From positions 1-64,000 of IMG/VR virus record IMGVR_UViG_3300002092_000035: a DNA stretch of 64,000 nt; one strand, written 5' to 3'. Each line of letters starts with the position of its first letter. The first letter of the stretch is position 1. Position numbers and translations under genes: made by a program. The notes under the pieces were generated by a model that saw only the letters and a program-made list of their open reading frames with translations, was not told the origin of the DNA and ran no database searches. Positions 29,108 to 39,009 of this stretch are shown here, in pieces. This DNA is from a virus.

Positions 29108-29671
29108 ATGCCCGTATTGGCTTTAGATATCTCAGGTATACCCCGGACTTGGGTTTCACACGATGACGCAATCACCTATCACGCGAAGAATTTAGTAGCT
29201 TGGTCTCTAGGCGATGTAGTTGCTAGATACCGGGGAGGAGTTCAAAAGAATGGTACCCAGAGTTATCTTGAAACTCCGAGCATCATCGCTGTAAAAGGCA
29301 TCGGTTTTGATTTCCGCAAACACAACAGGGTCATATTGACCAACAAGACGCTATTTGCTAGAGATCGTAGCGTCTGTGCTTACTGTGGCAAACATCATTC
29401 TAATCACGCTGGATTGAGTCGCGATCATATCATACCTAGATATCATGGCGGCACAGATGAGTGGATGAATGTTGTTACTTCGTGTAAGCCTTGTAATCAA
29501 AAGAAAGGATGTCTGACGCTGAAACAAGCGAAGATGGAACTGATCTATGTTCCATACGAGCCTAATCACTACGAACATCTGCTCTTACAGAATAGACATG
29601 TTCTCGCTGATCAAATGGATTATCTGCTTGCAGGTGTGCCTAAGCACAGCAGAATTATTTCTATGAACTAG
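29108..29671 (+). CDS. HNH nuclease (McrA-like family)
   Basis: LFARD..CAYCG..DHIIP..GG..W.NVVTSCKPCN.KKG. Confidence 0.88.
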   Translation: MPVLALDISGIPRTWVSHDDAITYHAKNLVAWSLGDVVARYRGGVQKNGTQSYLETPSIIAVKGIGFDFRKHNRVILTNKTLFARDRSVCAYCGKHHSNHAGLSRDHIIPRYHGGTDEWMNVVTSCKPCNQKKGCLTLKQAKMELIYVPYEPNHYEHLLLQNRHVLADQMDYLLAGVPKHSRIISMN

Positions 29672-29696
29672 ATTACTTGATTAAATATCTCTATGA

Positions 29697-29771
29697 TGGA
29701 CAATAGTTCAATGGTAGAATCCCGCACTGTTAATGCGGTTGTTGTAGGTTCGAGTCCTACTTGTCCAGCCA
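29697..29771 (+). tRNA. tRNA-Asn(GTT)
   Basis: Cloverleaf. Confidence 0.9.
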
Positions 29772-29775
29772 ATTT

Positions 29776-30093
29776 TTACTTTCTGCTTTGTAGAAGTTTA
29801 TGTATGTCGTTATGAAGGTCTTTGATTTCTGTTAATTCTTGCATGATCATCCGATGATCTTCTTCTGCTCTTTTTTCAGATTTCTCACTATTCACTGATT
29901 GACCTACCATGATTATGCTTAGTAGAACTAGTTGTAAGAATGTCTGAGCTATCCATGTGATGAGTGTTGCTACTCCCCCGTGGATAGCTGCAGGCAGACT
30001 TACCATCGCTAGTAGCGTAAATGCATAGGCACACCACATTGTTCCGACAATGTTGGTAACGATAGTAGCAAGTTTTTTATTGAAGTTTTCCAT
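29776..30093 (-). CDS. small membrane protein (DUF1003-like)
   Basis: VGTMWCAY..QLVLLSIIMVGQ. Confidence 0.7.
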   Translation of the reverse strand: MENFNKKLATIVTNIVGTMWCAYAFTLLAMVSLPAAIHGGVATLITWIAQTFLQLVLLSIIMVGQSVNSEKSEKRAEEDHRMIMQELTEIKDLHNDIHKLLQSRK

Positions 30094-30143
30094 ATGTATC
30101 TCACTTTTTAATATTTATCATGCAGTGAGATATATACTAGTAT

Positions 30144-30219
30144 GCCCGTATGGCACAGCTGGTAGCGCGCCACACTTGTAATGTGGAGGTCCGGGGTTCG
30201 AACCCTCGTGCGGGCACCA
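30144..30219 (+). tRNA. tRNA-Thr(TGT)
   Basis: Cloverleaf. Confidence 0.92.
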
Positions 30220-30222
30220 TAC

Positions 30223-30298
30223 GTCTCCATAGCTCAGTGGATAGAGCAACAGCCTTCTAAGCTGTGGGTCGCAGGTTCGAATCCTGCTGGGGATGCCA
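30223..30298 (+). tRNA. tRNA-Arg(TCT)
   Basis: Cloverleaf. Confidence 0.92.
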
Positions 30299-30349
30299 GT
30301 TTATATTTCGTGATGCTGTTGCATCGCTAAATATCTTGTAAAGTTTAAC

Positions 30350-30425
30350 GGGGAATTAGCTCATTTGGTAGAGCGTCTGATTTGCATTCAGAAGGTGAGC
30401 GGTTCGATCCCGCTATTCTCCACCA
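30350..30425 (+). tRNA. tRNA-Ala(TGC)
   Basis: Cloverleaf, G3-U70. Confidence 0.92.
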
Positions 30426-30435
30426 AACATTATAT

Positions 30436-30513
30436 CGGGGATTAGCTCAGTCTGGCCAGAGCATTCCGTTTGGGACGGAAGGGTCGTAGGTTCGAATCCT
30501 ACATTCCCGACCA
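30436..30513 (+). tRNA. tRNA-Pro(TGG)
   Basis: Cloverleaf. Confidence 0.92.
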
Positions 30514-30575
30514 TTTATTAGATACCGACCAAATTTAAGAATTAGCACACTGCTTGGATATAGTATAAATAAATC

Positions 30576-32504
30576 ATGCAAAAGAAAAAACTGACCTTTG
30601 TCAACCCTAATTTTCAACAAGGCCCAAGAGAATTTAATGCGTATTATCTTCCTTATACGACCGGCGTGTTGTGGAGCTATGCGATACAATTTGAAAATAT
30701 CAGAGATAATTACTCCTTAGGTGGGTTCATCTGGCGACGCGATGATATACAAACTGTAATAGAATCTCTCATGGATAGCGATATTGTTGTGCTATCTACA
30801 TACATATGGAATAGGTCTTACAATCATGTTGTCGGTAGAGAATTAAAAAAAGCCAATCCTAACGTGTTTATAATGGCAGGAGGTCCGGAACCGCCGGTAT
30901 CCGATCCCAACTTCTTTGAGCGGTTTCCGTATATAGATGTCTGTGGGGTCCAGGAAGGGGAACGGTCTTTCACTGCGGTCCTAGAAGAACATCTTAAAGA
31001 GAATCCTGATTATACTCATATCAAAGGATTGTTGGTAAATGATAACGGCAAGACGATCAACACTGGACCCGCTGTAAGAATAGAAAAGTTAGATGACATT
31101 CCTAGCCCGTACCTTACAGGAATTTTTGATGATCTTGTCAGAGAAAATCCAGATATCAACTGGAACGTTACTGTAGAAACGAATCGCGGATGTCCCTATA
31201 TGTGCACCTTTTGTGACTGGGGAAGTCTGACCTATAGTAAAGTAAAGAAGTTTGACATAGAACGGGTGTTTAAGGAACTAGATTGGGCGGGCCAACAGGA
31301 ATGTGACTATTTACATTTTACTGATGCTAACTTCGGCATCTTTCCTGAACGTGACATGTCTATTGCAAAGAAACTCGTAGCTGTTCAGAAAGAATACAAT
31401 AATCCTAAGACATATGGCATGGCTTGGGCAAAAAACCAGAAGAAAGAAGTCGTTGATATCGTCAGAGTGTTGATGAATGAAGGCGGCAACAAGATTGGTC
31501 TCAATCTTTCAGTACAGACAATGGATGAGAACACCCTAGATATCATTAAACGAAAAAATCTGGGAATGAACCAAATTGAAGAAGTATTCCAACTGTGTGA
31601 AGAGAATGGTATTCCTTTATTTACTGAATTGATTTTGGGCCTGCCAGGGGAAACACTTGAAACTTGGAAGAATAACTTCTACGCATTGTATAAAGCAGGT
31701 AACCATACTGGTATTACTGTATATCAAGCACAGTTGCTTGAGAATGCAGAGATGAACCTTACCCAGAAGCAAGAGTATGATCTAAAGGGGCAAATTGTAT
31801 ATGATTATCTAGTAGGAACGTACAACGAACACGAACTGCGTGAAGGCGTTGAAGTAGTAGTATCTACTAGGGACCTTACTCCCGAGAAGATGAATCAAGC
31901 ACAGGTTCATTCTTGGTATCAGAATACTTTTCATATTGACGGTATCACCAATTACATCAGTCGTGCATTATATAAACTGTATGGAATAGAATACGCTGAT
32001 TTCTATGAAGGACTATTTGAACATATCAAAACTGATTTCTGGCTAAATTCAGAAGTAGAACGTATCTCAAAGTATTTTCGAGGATGGGGAGAACAAGGTG
32101 CTATCAATCACCCTCCTATTCAAGGCATTGAGATTCACGGACACAACCTGATCTATTCAACAATCATCAACATCAGTAGCCAAAATAAACATGACCACAT
32201 CTTAGATGTAGTAGAGTCTTATCTTCGTAAAACTTTCGTCATTGAAGAATCGCTATTACAAGATATGATGACCCTGCAACGAAACTATCTGATAGACCAT
32301 GTTAATATCAAATCCTATCCTAAAATAATTAAGTTTAAACATGATATAGTAGGGTATGTACAAGGACAATGTGATATTGATACTCCTGCTGAATATGAAT
32401 TTGATTTTCCAGAAGACAAAGACATGAATCTAAAAAGATTCTGTGAACAACTTTTCTTCGCTCGCCGCAGGAATTTTGGTAAAGCGTGGTTAACTAAGTT
32501 GTAA
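30576..32504 (+). CDS. B12-binding radical SAM protein
   Basis: STYIWN, GGPE, ETNRGCPYMCTFC, DANFG. Confidence 0.88.
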   Translation: MQKKKLTFVNPNFQQGPREFNAYYLPYTTGVLWSYAIQFENIRDNYSLGGFIWRRDDIQTVIESLMDSDIVVLSTYIWNRSYNHVVGRELKKANPNVFIMAGGPEPPVSDPNFFERFPYIDVCGVQEGERSFTAVLEEHLKENPDYTHIKGLLVNDNGKTINTGPAVRIEKLDDIPSPYLTGIFDDLVRENPDINWNVTVETNRGCPYMCTFCDWGSLTYSKVKKFDIERVFKELDWAGQQECDYLHFTDANFGIFPERDMSIAKKLVAVQKEYNNPKTYGMAWAKNQKKEVVDIVRVLMNEGGNKIGLNLSVQTMDENTLDIIKRKNLGMNQIEEVFQLCEENGIPLFTELILGLPGETLETWKNNFYALYKAGNHTGITVYQAQLLENAEMNLTQKQEYDLKGQIVYDYLVGTYNEHELREGVEVVVSTRDLTPEKMNQAQVHSWYQNTFHIDGITNYISRALYKLYGIEYADFYEGLFEHIKTDFWLNSEVERISKYFRGWGEQGAINHPPIQGIEIHGHNLIYSTIINISSQNKHDHILDVVESYLRKTFVIEESLLQDMMTLQRNYLIDHVNIKSYPKIIKFKHDIVGYVQGQCDIDTPAEYEFDFPEDKDMNLKRFCEQLFFARRRNFGKAWLTKL

Positions 32505-32525
32505 GTAAAATATCTTCACCGGCAA

Positions 32526-32753
32526 ATGGCAATACAGATACGACAGCTTAAAGAATGGAAAGGATACAATTCCTTTACCGTTCCCATTGTATTTGGAATT
32601 CCTATCCCTGACCAAAACGATGTAAATCTATTGAAATCTCAGTATCCAGGAAACTATCATGTTCTGCTGACAACAATCGGAAATTCCTTTGAGAATTGTA
32701 TCGTGTTTGATGATCCAACAGAAGAATCGTTTTTTATATTGAAGTATCTATAG
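32526..32753 (+). CDS. small protein related to the 48.6-50.5 kb paralog family
   Basis: C-terminus VFDDPTEESFFILKYL. Confidence 0.55.
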   Translation: MAIQIRQLKEWKGYNSFTVPIVFGIPIPDQNDVNLLKSQYPGNYHVLLTTIGNSFENCIVFDDPTEESFFILKYL

Positions 32754-32768
32754 ACGATAAGTATTATC

Positions 32769-33755
32769 ATGACTAAAAGAATATTGGTATGCGGGGCCGG
32801 TGGATTTATCGGAACACATTTAGTAGAGAGCCTTAAGGCACAAGGTCACTATGTGGTAGGTGCAGATTTAAAAAAGCCACAATACACTACTTCATCAGCA
32901 GATAGATTTTATCAATCATGTGATCTCCGTGACAAGTATTATGTAGAGAAGCTGTTTATACAAGAATCTTTTGATGAGATTTATCAGTTGGCGGCAGATA
33001 TGGGTGGCGCTGGATATGTTTTCACTGGAAAACATGATGCAGATATCATGCACAACTCAGCGTCTATCAATCTAAACATCGTATCTGCGATGATAGCACA
33101 CAATGTAAAGAAAGTGTTTTATAGCTCGTCTGCGTGTATTTATCCTGAATACAAACAACTGGATCCAGATAATGTCTGCCTAGAAGAATCAGCAGCATAC
33201 CCAGCAGCCCCGGACAGCGAATACGGTTGGGAGAAGTTATTCTCTGAGAGATTGTATATGAATTATGCTAAGAACTACGGCATAGATGCCCGTATAGCAC
33301 GATTTCATAATGTATTTGGACCTAAAGGTTCTTGGAATAATGGCAAAGAGAAGTCTCCTGCTGCACTGTGCCGAAAGGTAGCAATGGCAAACGAAGGGGA
33401 TGAAATAGAAGTCTGGGGTAACGGAACTCAGTCTAGATCATTCCTTTACATAGACGAGTGTATTGAAGGCATACACAGAATTATGGAAAGCGACTATGCG
33501 TCGCCGCTAAATTTAGGAAGCGAACGCCAGGTATCTATCAATGAACTTGTGGGCATAATATCTAGGGCAGCAAACAAAAAAGTAAAAATCAATAATGTTC
33601 CTGGACCGACGGGTGTCATGGGTAGAACATCAGACAATAATCTTCTGCGTAAAACATTAGACTGGACCCCTGATGAAGATTTAGAAGGGGGCATATTAAA
33701 GACTTATCGTTGGATCGCCGAACAAATAGCACAAGGGAAATCAGATGAAAATTAA
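32769..33755 (+). CDS. NAD-dependent epimerase (GDP-mannose 3,5-epimerase-like)
   Basis: GAGGFIG, LAADMGG, YSSSACIYP, YGWEK. Confidence 0.9.
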   Translation: MTKRILVCGAGGFIGTHLVESLKAQGHYVVGADLKKPQYTTSSADRFYQSCDLRDKYYVEKLFIQESFDEIYQLAADMGGAGYVFTGKHDADIMHNSASINLNIVSAMIAHNVKKVFYSSSACIYPEYKQLDPDNVCLEESAAYPAAPDSEYGWEKLFSERLYMNYAKNYGIDARIARFHNVFGPKGSWNNGKEKSPAALCRKVAMANEGDEIEVWGNGTQSRSFLYIDECIEGIHRIMESDYASPLNLGSERQVSINELVGIISRAANKKVKINNVPGPTGVMGRTSDNNLLRKTLDWTPDEDLEGGILKTYRWIAEQIAQGKSDEN

Positions 33756-35055
33756 AGTAGTTTACAACTGGATCGGTCCTGCTGGTCCCACTGATAACAA
33801 CTATCTTCCTAATGTGCTGAGTTTTGCACAGGCATTTGATGAAAATAATCATATTCCTCCTCAATGGAATGCAGATTGGACTTGGCAGCAGTTTTTCTCT
33901 CACGGGAATGAACATTTTGAGATTTGTCCTTCAGTAGCAATTAGTGAGAACGATGATAGTCTGTTTGTTTTTCCAGTCGCATTGTCTTGGAGAAATATTA
34001 TTCCAACTTATTATCTCAAAAATTTAGGCATCTTAGAGGCTTCGCGTATCCCAGCGAATATTTTAAACTGTATCAAACATCATAATGGTTATTTCGTTAT
34101 TGATTTTTCAGGGGAAGGTCACGGAATACGGGATACAGACTTTGATCATATGCATTCTTATTTTACTCATCTCAAAATCCCCTTGAGAAAAATTATATAT
34201 ATCACTGGATCATCAAACAGTGCAGATTTGTATGCCAAATACTGTTCAGGTAGAGGTATCTCTGCTACTGATAGGATGAACTTAGTGACTTATGTCAGGG
34301 GAACAGTGCATGTAGTCTCTAAAAGCATAAGTGAACCTGATTATGATAGTGAAACCGTTCCTAAAAAACTTTTCTTGTCTTGGAACAAAAGAACAAGAAA
34401 GCATCGCTTTGATATAGCATTACTGTTAGAGAAGCATGATCTAGTGGATAGAAGCTATCTGAGTTTTCATAATGAAGAGACCGGAATAGGATTCAAAGAA
34501 ACTTATCGTAATATAGGGGGAATTACCGATACGACTTTGGGCATAACACCTAAGGTAATAGATAGATTTGCTTCTAAATTGCCATTAGTGTTAGACGGTG
34601 AAACCAATCTCTATAAGATACTGTTTACTAATTTAGAGGTTACAACTAGACCGTTTTATCAAAATAGTCTGATCAGTCTTATAACAGAGACCCATTTCTA
34701 CGAAGAACATACATGTTTAACCGAAAAGTCATTCAAACAAGCCAAAGAGAAACACCCCTTTATTATCGTAGGCGGCGTAGGATCTCTCAAGTATCTGCGT
34801 GAATTAGGTTTTAAAACCTTTAGTGATTTCTGGGATGAATCTTATGATGATTGTAAGGATCCGGTAGAAAGAATGCAACGCATAGATTCTCTGATCAAAA
34901 ATATCGGTGAATGGACTCCGGAACAACTTCTAGATTTCAGACGAAAGGTCAAACCTATAGTAGAGCATAACTTCAAGGTGTTTGATACCGAAATGGTGAA
35001 AAATGCACTGAGGCTATCATTAAACAAAATCAATGATATAGTTACTGCTGTATAA
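33745..35055 (+). CDS. glycosyltransferase-like protein
   Basis: ITET..TEKSFK..HPF..GFKTF..WDESYD; paralog of 21053. Confidence 0.6.
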   Translation: MKIKVVYNWIGPAGPTDNNYLPNVLSFAQAFDENNHIPPQWNADWTWQQFFSHGNEHFEICPSVAISENDDSLFVFPVALSWRNIIPTYYLKNLGILEASRIPANILNCIKHHNGYFVIDFSGEGHGIRDTDFDHMHSYFTHLKIPLRKIIYITGSSNSADLYAKYCSGRGISATDRMNLVTYVRGTVHVVSKSISEPDYDSETVPKKLFLSWNKRTRKHRFDIALLLEKHDLVDRSYLSFHNEETGIGFKETYRNIGGITDTTLGITPKVIDRFASKLPLVLDGETNLYKILFTNLEVTTRPFYQNSLISLITETHFYEEHTCLTEKSFKQAKEKHPFIIVGGVGSLKYLRELGFKTFSDFWDESYDDCKDPVERMQRIDSLIKNIGEWTPEQLLDFRRKVKPIVEHNFKVFDTEMVKNALRLSLNKINDIVTAV

Positions 35056-35114
35056 AAATATATTGATCAGGCTGTTTGAGCGTAAATATCAATACAAACT
35101 TAATGAGAGGCTAA

Positions 35115-36299
35115 ATGAAAAAAATTGCGATGATTGGTGTTGGTAAGCTAGGCCAAGACTGTGCTGAAATGATGGCAGAGAAGCATGATGTAGTTGGGTA
35201 CGATGTATCACCGAGAAATCCAACTTTTCCAATGAAGGATACCATTAGAGAAGCAGTGGAAGGTAGAGAATTAATCTTTATCGCAGCTCCTACTCCACAC
35301 GATCCTGTCTATGGTGGCGAGACTCCTACGAGTCATCTTCCTAACAAGGACTTTGACTATACGATTGTTAGAGAGATTCTAGCCGAAGTCAACAAGTATG
35401 TTAACCCGACACAACTCGTCGTACTGATCAGCACTGTTCTTCCTGGAACAATTCGCAGAGAACTCCGCCCGGAAATCACCAACGCACGATTCATCTACAA
35501 TCCTTATCTCATCGCAATGGGAACTATCAAGTGGGACATGGTGAATCCTGAAATGGTAATTGTCGGTACTGATGACGGTTCTATCACAGGTGATGCGAAG
35601 GAACTGATTGACTTCTACAAGACATTCATGCAGAACGATCCAAGATACGAAGTTGGTACTTGGGATGAAGCAGAAGCTATCAAGATTTTTTATAACACCT
35701 TCATCTCTGCCAAAGTTGGTATCGTCAACATGATTCAAGATGTCGCTGAAAAGAATGGCAACATGAATGTTGATGTTGTGACAGGAGCACTCGCTCGCTC
35801 AAATTACCGCATTACTGGTCCAGCATACATGCAAGCAGGTATGGGCGATGGCGGAGCCTGTCATCCGCGTGATAATATCGCGCTACGCTACATGGCAGAA
35901 CAACTTGATCTAGGATATGACTTGTTTGATAGCATCATGCGAGCAAGAGAAGTTCAAGCTGAGAACATGGCCATGACTGTTCTTAACTATGGAAAGAACA
36001 TTACAATTGTTGGCAAGGCTTATAAGCCCGGCGTGCATTACACGAATGGTTCTTCTTCTATGCTCGTAGCATATTACATTGAGGAACAAGGTGGAACCGT
36101 CAACTACTATGATGAACACACCGGTGACCTAGATTTTAAGAGTGACACTACTGATGTCTATCTCATTGGCTACTGGGATGATTATGTGAAGGCACTGAAC
36201 TTCCCTGCTAAGTCGGTCGTGATTGATCCTTGGCGAAAGATTGATGATACGCAGCATTCCGGTAAGATCGTTCATTACGGCAATACCCGATTGATGTAA
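35115..36299 (+). CDS. UDP-glucose/GDP-mannose dehydrogenase family
   Basis: GVGKLG, PTP, STVLPGT, AEAIK..N, GGACHPRD. Confidence 0.9.
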   Translation: MKKIAMIGVGKLGQDCAEMMAEKHDVVGYDVSPRNPTFPMKDTIREAVEGRELIFIAAPTPHDPVYGGETPTSHLPNKDFDYTIVREILAEVNKYVNPTQLVVLISTVLPGTIRRELRPEITNARFIYNPYLIAMGTIKWDMVNPEMVIVGTDDGSITGDAKELIDFYKTFMQNDPRYEVGTWDEAEAIKIFYNTFISAKVGIVNMIQDVAEKNGNMNVDVVTGALARSNYRITGPAYMQAGMGDGGACHPRDNIALRYMAEQLDLGYDLFDSIMRAREVQAENMAMTVLNYGKNITIVGKAYKPGVHYTNGSSSMLVAYYIEEQGGTVNYYDEHTGDLDFKSDTTDVYLIGYWDDYVKALNFPAKSVVIDPWRKIDDTQHSGKIVHYGNTRLM

Positions 36300-36307
36300 A
36301 ATATTAT

Positions 36308-36382
36308 GCCCGGTTAGCGCAGCGGTAGAGCGTCTGGTTTACATCCAGAATGTCGGCGGTTCAATCCCGTCACCGGGTACCA
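36308..36382 (+). tRNA. tRNA-Val(TAC)
   Basis: Cloverleaf. Confidence 0.92.
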
Positions 36383-36431
36383 TTTCTTTTAATATTAGCA
36401 TAAATATAATCTCTTACAGAAAGGTACTACA

Positions 36432-36824
36432 TTGGCTTTATTTCACAAACATCTCATCGTCCGTGCAGAAGTAAACGAACCAATCACGTGTCCTCAAACG
36501 GTATCTAAGATATGGATGCCAGCATTGATTGACCGTATTGGTATGAAGATTCTTATGGGACCTTATGCTGTTTATAGTGAGATGGAGGGCAATCGTGGAC
36601 TTACCTGTGCTACGATCATTGAAACTAGTCATATCGTGATGCACATCTGGGACGAGATTAGCCCTGCGACGGTTCAATTAGATGTCTATACTTGCGGTCC
36701 TTTAGACCCGTATGCTGTAGTAGAGTCACTCAAGGAAATGGACCCAGTCCACATTGACATGAAGTATCTTGATCGTGAACATGACCTGATCGACCTGCCT
36801 GTTCCTGTTGAGTTTGAAGATTAA
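36432..36824 (+). CDS. speD: S-adenosylmethionine decarboxylase proenzyme
   Basis: HLI, IIETSHIVMHIW, DVYTC. Confidence 0.8.
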   Translation: MALFHKHLIVRAEVNEPITCPQTVSKIWMPALIDRIGMKILMGPYAVYSEMEGNRGLTCATIIETSHIVMHIWDEISPATVQLDVYTCGPLDPYAVVESLKEMDPVHIDMKYLDREHDLIDLPVPVEFED

Positions 36825-36836
36825 TTAAAAAAAGAC

Positions 36837-36901
36837 TTGACATCCATTATATAATGTCGTAAGATGAGGACAGTTGAGAGATCAACTGTTCTTTGACATC
36901 G
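36837..36901 (+). promoter_or_regulatory. promoter plus boxB/boxA antitermination-like site
   Basis: TTGACA-N17-TAAGAT; ACAGTTGA-GAGA-TCAACTGT; GTTCTTTGACATCG. Confidence 0.7.
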
Positions 36902-36961
36902 TTAAATATTTTAACTGAAAAGTTTGTCTACCAAGCATAAATACATAATAGGAGAATTGTT

Positions 36962-37558
36962 ATGTATTGTGATTATGGCTGCGGACAGCCTTCTCAGTAT
37001 CTGCTTAAGAATGGTAAAAAATGCTGTTCTAAACGACCTTCAGGTTGCCCAGAGATAAAAAAGAAAAATTCTATTTCTACCAAAAAAGCATACGAAGTAG
37101 GGGCGAGACCATCTGCAAAAGATTCATACTTATTATTGAGTGAAAATGCTAAAGCTAGCATGAATTGGAATAAAGAAAATTATTCTTCAACTGAATTTGA
37201 ATACGGTGGACCAGGGAGTCACAAAAAAGCCTTGATCAAGGAACGAGGTCATAAATGTGAAGGTTGTGGATTGACCCGATGGCAGGAATCAATAATTCCT
37301 CTAGAATTAGAACACATCGACGGTGACAACAGAAATAACATAAAAGAAAACCTTAAGTTACTATGTTGTAATTGTCACGCTCTGACTTCTACCTGGCGAG
37401 GAAGAAATATTAATACAGGAAAAATTAAGGTCAGTGACGAAGAACTATTGACAGCATTAAAAGAGTGTAGTAGTATACGAAAGGCCCTACAAAAAGTAGG
37501 ACTTACTCCTAAAGGAGGAAATTATATTAGAGCGAATAAGTTAAAGATGCGCCTGTAG
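36962..37558 (+). CDS. HNH homing endonuclease
   Basis: LELEHIDG..N..NLKLLCCNCH; stop lies inside tRNA-Leu(TAA). Confidence 0.88.
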   Translation: MYCDYGCGQPSQYLLKNGKKCCSKRPSGCPEIKKKNSISTKKAYEVGARPSAKDSYLLLSENAKASMNWNKENYSSTEFEYGGPGSHKKALIKERGHKCEGCGLTRWQESIIPLELEHIDGDNRNNIKENLKLLCCNCHALTSTWRGRNINTGKIKVSDEELLTALKECSSIRKALQKVGLTPKGGNYIRANKLKMRL

Positions 37559-37625
37559 CCCAACCGGCAGAGGCCACAGACTTAAAATCTGTCAAGTATG
37601 AGTTCGAATCTCATCAGGCGCACCA
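37549..37625 (+). tRNA. tRNA-Leu(TAA), short variable arm
   Basis: ACAGA-CTTAAAA-TCTGT, 77 nt. Confidence 0.85.
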
Positions 37626-37666
37626 AACTTATTATACGACTTTGATCATTTAGACGAAAGGAAAAA

Positions 37667-37906
37667 ATGTTCTATGAAAAATGTGCTGAATTACTCGGCA
37701 CCACATATGAATGTAAACCTTTTCCCTACTGTCGACCTACTCGGTGGAACAATCGTTCTCCTGGGCAAGGTAGATATCCGGGCTTCGGTCAGATACGAAA
37801 ATTTGGTAACGGATTCTATGTCTCACTCAGACATCCAATCTCGCATCAAAAATACTATCGGCTAGAAGATGAAGTGTTTGCATTTCTCAGAGGTTTATCA
37901 TTGTGA
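37667..37906 (+). CDS. hypothetical protein
   Basis: AGGA RBS. Confidence 0.55.
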   Translation: MFYEKCAELLGTTYECKPFPYCRPTRWNNRSPGQGRYPGFGQIRKFGNGFYVSLRHPISHQKYYRLEDEVFAFLRGLSL

Positions 37907-37907
37907 T

Positions 37908-37997
37908 AAACTTATTAGATGAATACACTTACTTATATTTTAACGGCCCTACAAGGCACGGGCGTATAAGAGCAGAGTGTATTCTTCTAACAAGTTT
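37908..37997 (+). ncRNA. long-stem cassette B
   Basis: AAACTTATTAGATGAATACAC/GTGTATTCTTCTAACAAGTTT. Confidence 0.55.
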
Positions 37998-37999
37998 AT

Positions 38000-38076
38000 G
38001 GTCCCTTAGATTACGCTGGCTAGATCGCTACCCTTTCAAGGTAGAGGAACGGGATCGACACCCGTAGGGACTACCA
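38000..38076 (+). tRNA. tRNA-Glu(TTC)
   Basis: Cloverleaf. Confidence 0.88.
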
Positions 38077-38081
38077 ATAAC

Positions 38082-38165
38082 GGGGTAGAAGCATCAAGGT
38101 GATGCCGGGGACTGTAAATCCCCCGTCTTCGGACATGCCTGGTTCGATTCCAGGATACCCCACCA
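38082..38165 (+). tRNA. tRNA-Tyr(GTA)
   Basis: Class II cloverleaf. Confidence 0.88.
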
Positions 38166-38170
38166 ATTAT

Positions 38171-38286
38171 GTGTCATCCTTAGGGAAGTGAATACGATGT
38201 CAAAAATCCTGGCCGGATCGGAAGTGGCGCCCCACTTGGGTCTTGACATTAAGTAGCTTTTGTGGTAACGCACAAATGACACACCA
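38171..38286 (+). ncRNA. tRNA-like RNA with acceptor stem and CCA
   Basis: GTGTCAT/ATGACAC-ACCA with a long internal stem. Confidence 0.5.
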
Positions 38287-38299
38287 ATGATGCGATTTT

Positions 38300-38334
38300 G
38301 GACATGCCTGGTTCGATTCCAGGATACCCCACCA
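38300..38334 (+). repeat. exact 35-bp duplicate of the tRNA-Tyr 3' end
   Basis: Identical to 38131-38165. Confidence 0.9.
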
Positions 38335-38375
38335 TTTTTTTAAGAGTAACAGTAACAAAAACTAAATATCTATAT

Positions 38376-38465
38376 GGAGAGGTACTCAAGTGGTTTACGA
38401 GACTGGTCTTGAAAACCAGCGAGGATGAAAGTCCTCCGTGGGTTCGAATCCCACCCTCTCCGCCA
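38376..38465 (+). tRNA. tRNA-Ser(TGA)
   Basis: Class II cloverleaf. Confidence 0.92.
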
Positions 38466-38473
38466 ATGTTAAT

Positions 38474-38548
38474 GCGGGTATCGTATAGTGGTTATTACGT
38501 GGCCTTGCCAAGGCTAGGAGGAGGGTTCGATTCCCTCTACCCGCTCCA
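38474..38548 (+). tRNA. tRNA-Gly(GCC)
   Basis: Cloverleaf, U73. Confidence 0.92.
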
Positions 38549-38555
38549 ATTTTAT

Positions 38556-38647
38556 GGAGAGTTGCCAGAGTGGCCGAATGGGCTGGTTTGCTAAACCATT
38601 GTACCCCTCAAAGGGTACCGAGGGTTCGAATCCCTCACTCTCCGCCA
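38556..38647 (+). tRNA. tRNA-Ser(GCT)
   Basis: Class II cloverleaf. Confidence 0.92.
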
Positions 38648-38664
38648 ATACACAGGTTGACATT

Positions 38665-39009
38665 ATGAACTTTGAGATAGATCCGGAATTTATAACATCC
38701 ATCTCTGTAGTGACAGAGTATCATCGTGCTAAGGATCCTGCTAATCCAACCCCAGAAGAATTTATGGCCATCATAAAAGATGGACCCGTAAGAAGCACTT
38801 CTTACTCAACTGTAGATCATCCTGAATACGATAAGTTAAGGAATAATCTCGGAGACCTCGGTTATATAAAGATTGAGCGTATGTGGTGGAACGGCGATCG
38901 GGTCCTAAAAAGATTTACATTGAATGGAATCCCGTTCAAAAAGGATGATCAATTTAGCTGTGCTAGCGCGATGAAGCATCATCTAGAATACAAGAGAAAA
39001 TATAAATAG
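38665..39009 (+). CDS. hypothetical protein
   Basis: Likely start 38665. Confidence 0.6.
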   Translation: MNFEIDPEFITSISVVTEYHRAKDPANPTPEEFMAIIKDGPVRSTSYSTVDHPEYDKLRNNLGDLGYIKIERMWWNGDRVLKRFTLNGIPFKKDDQFSCASAMKHHLEYKRKYK

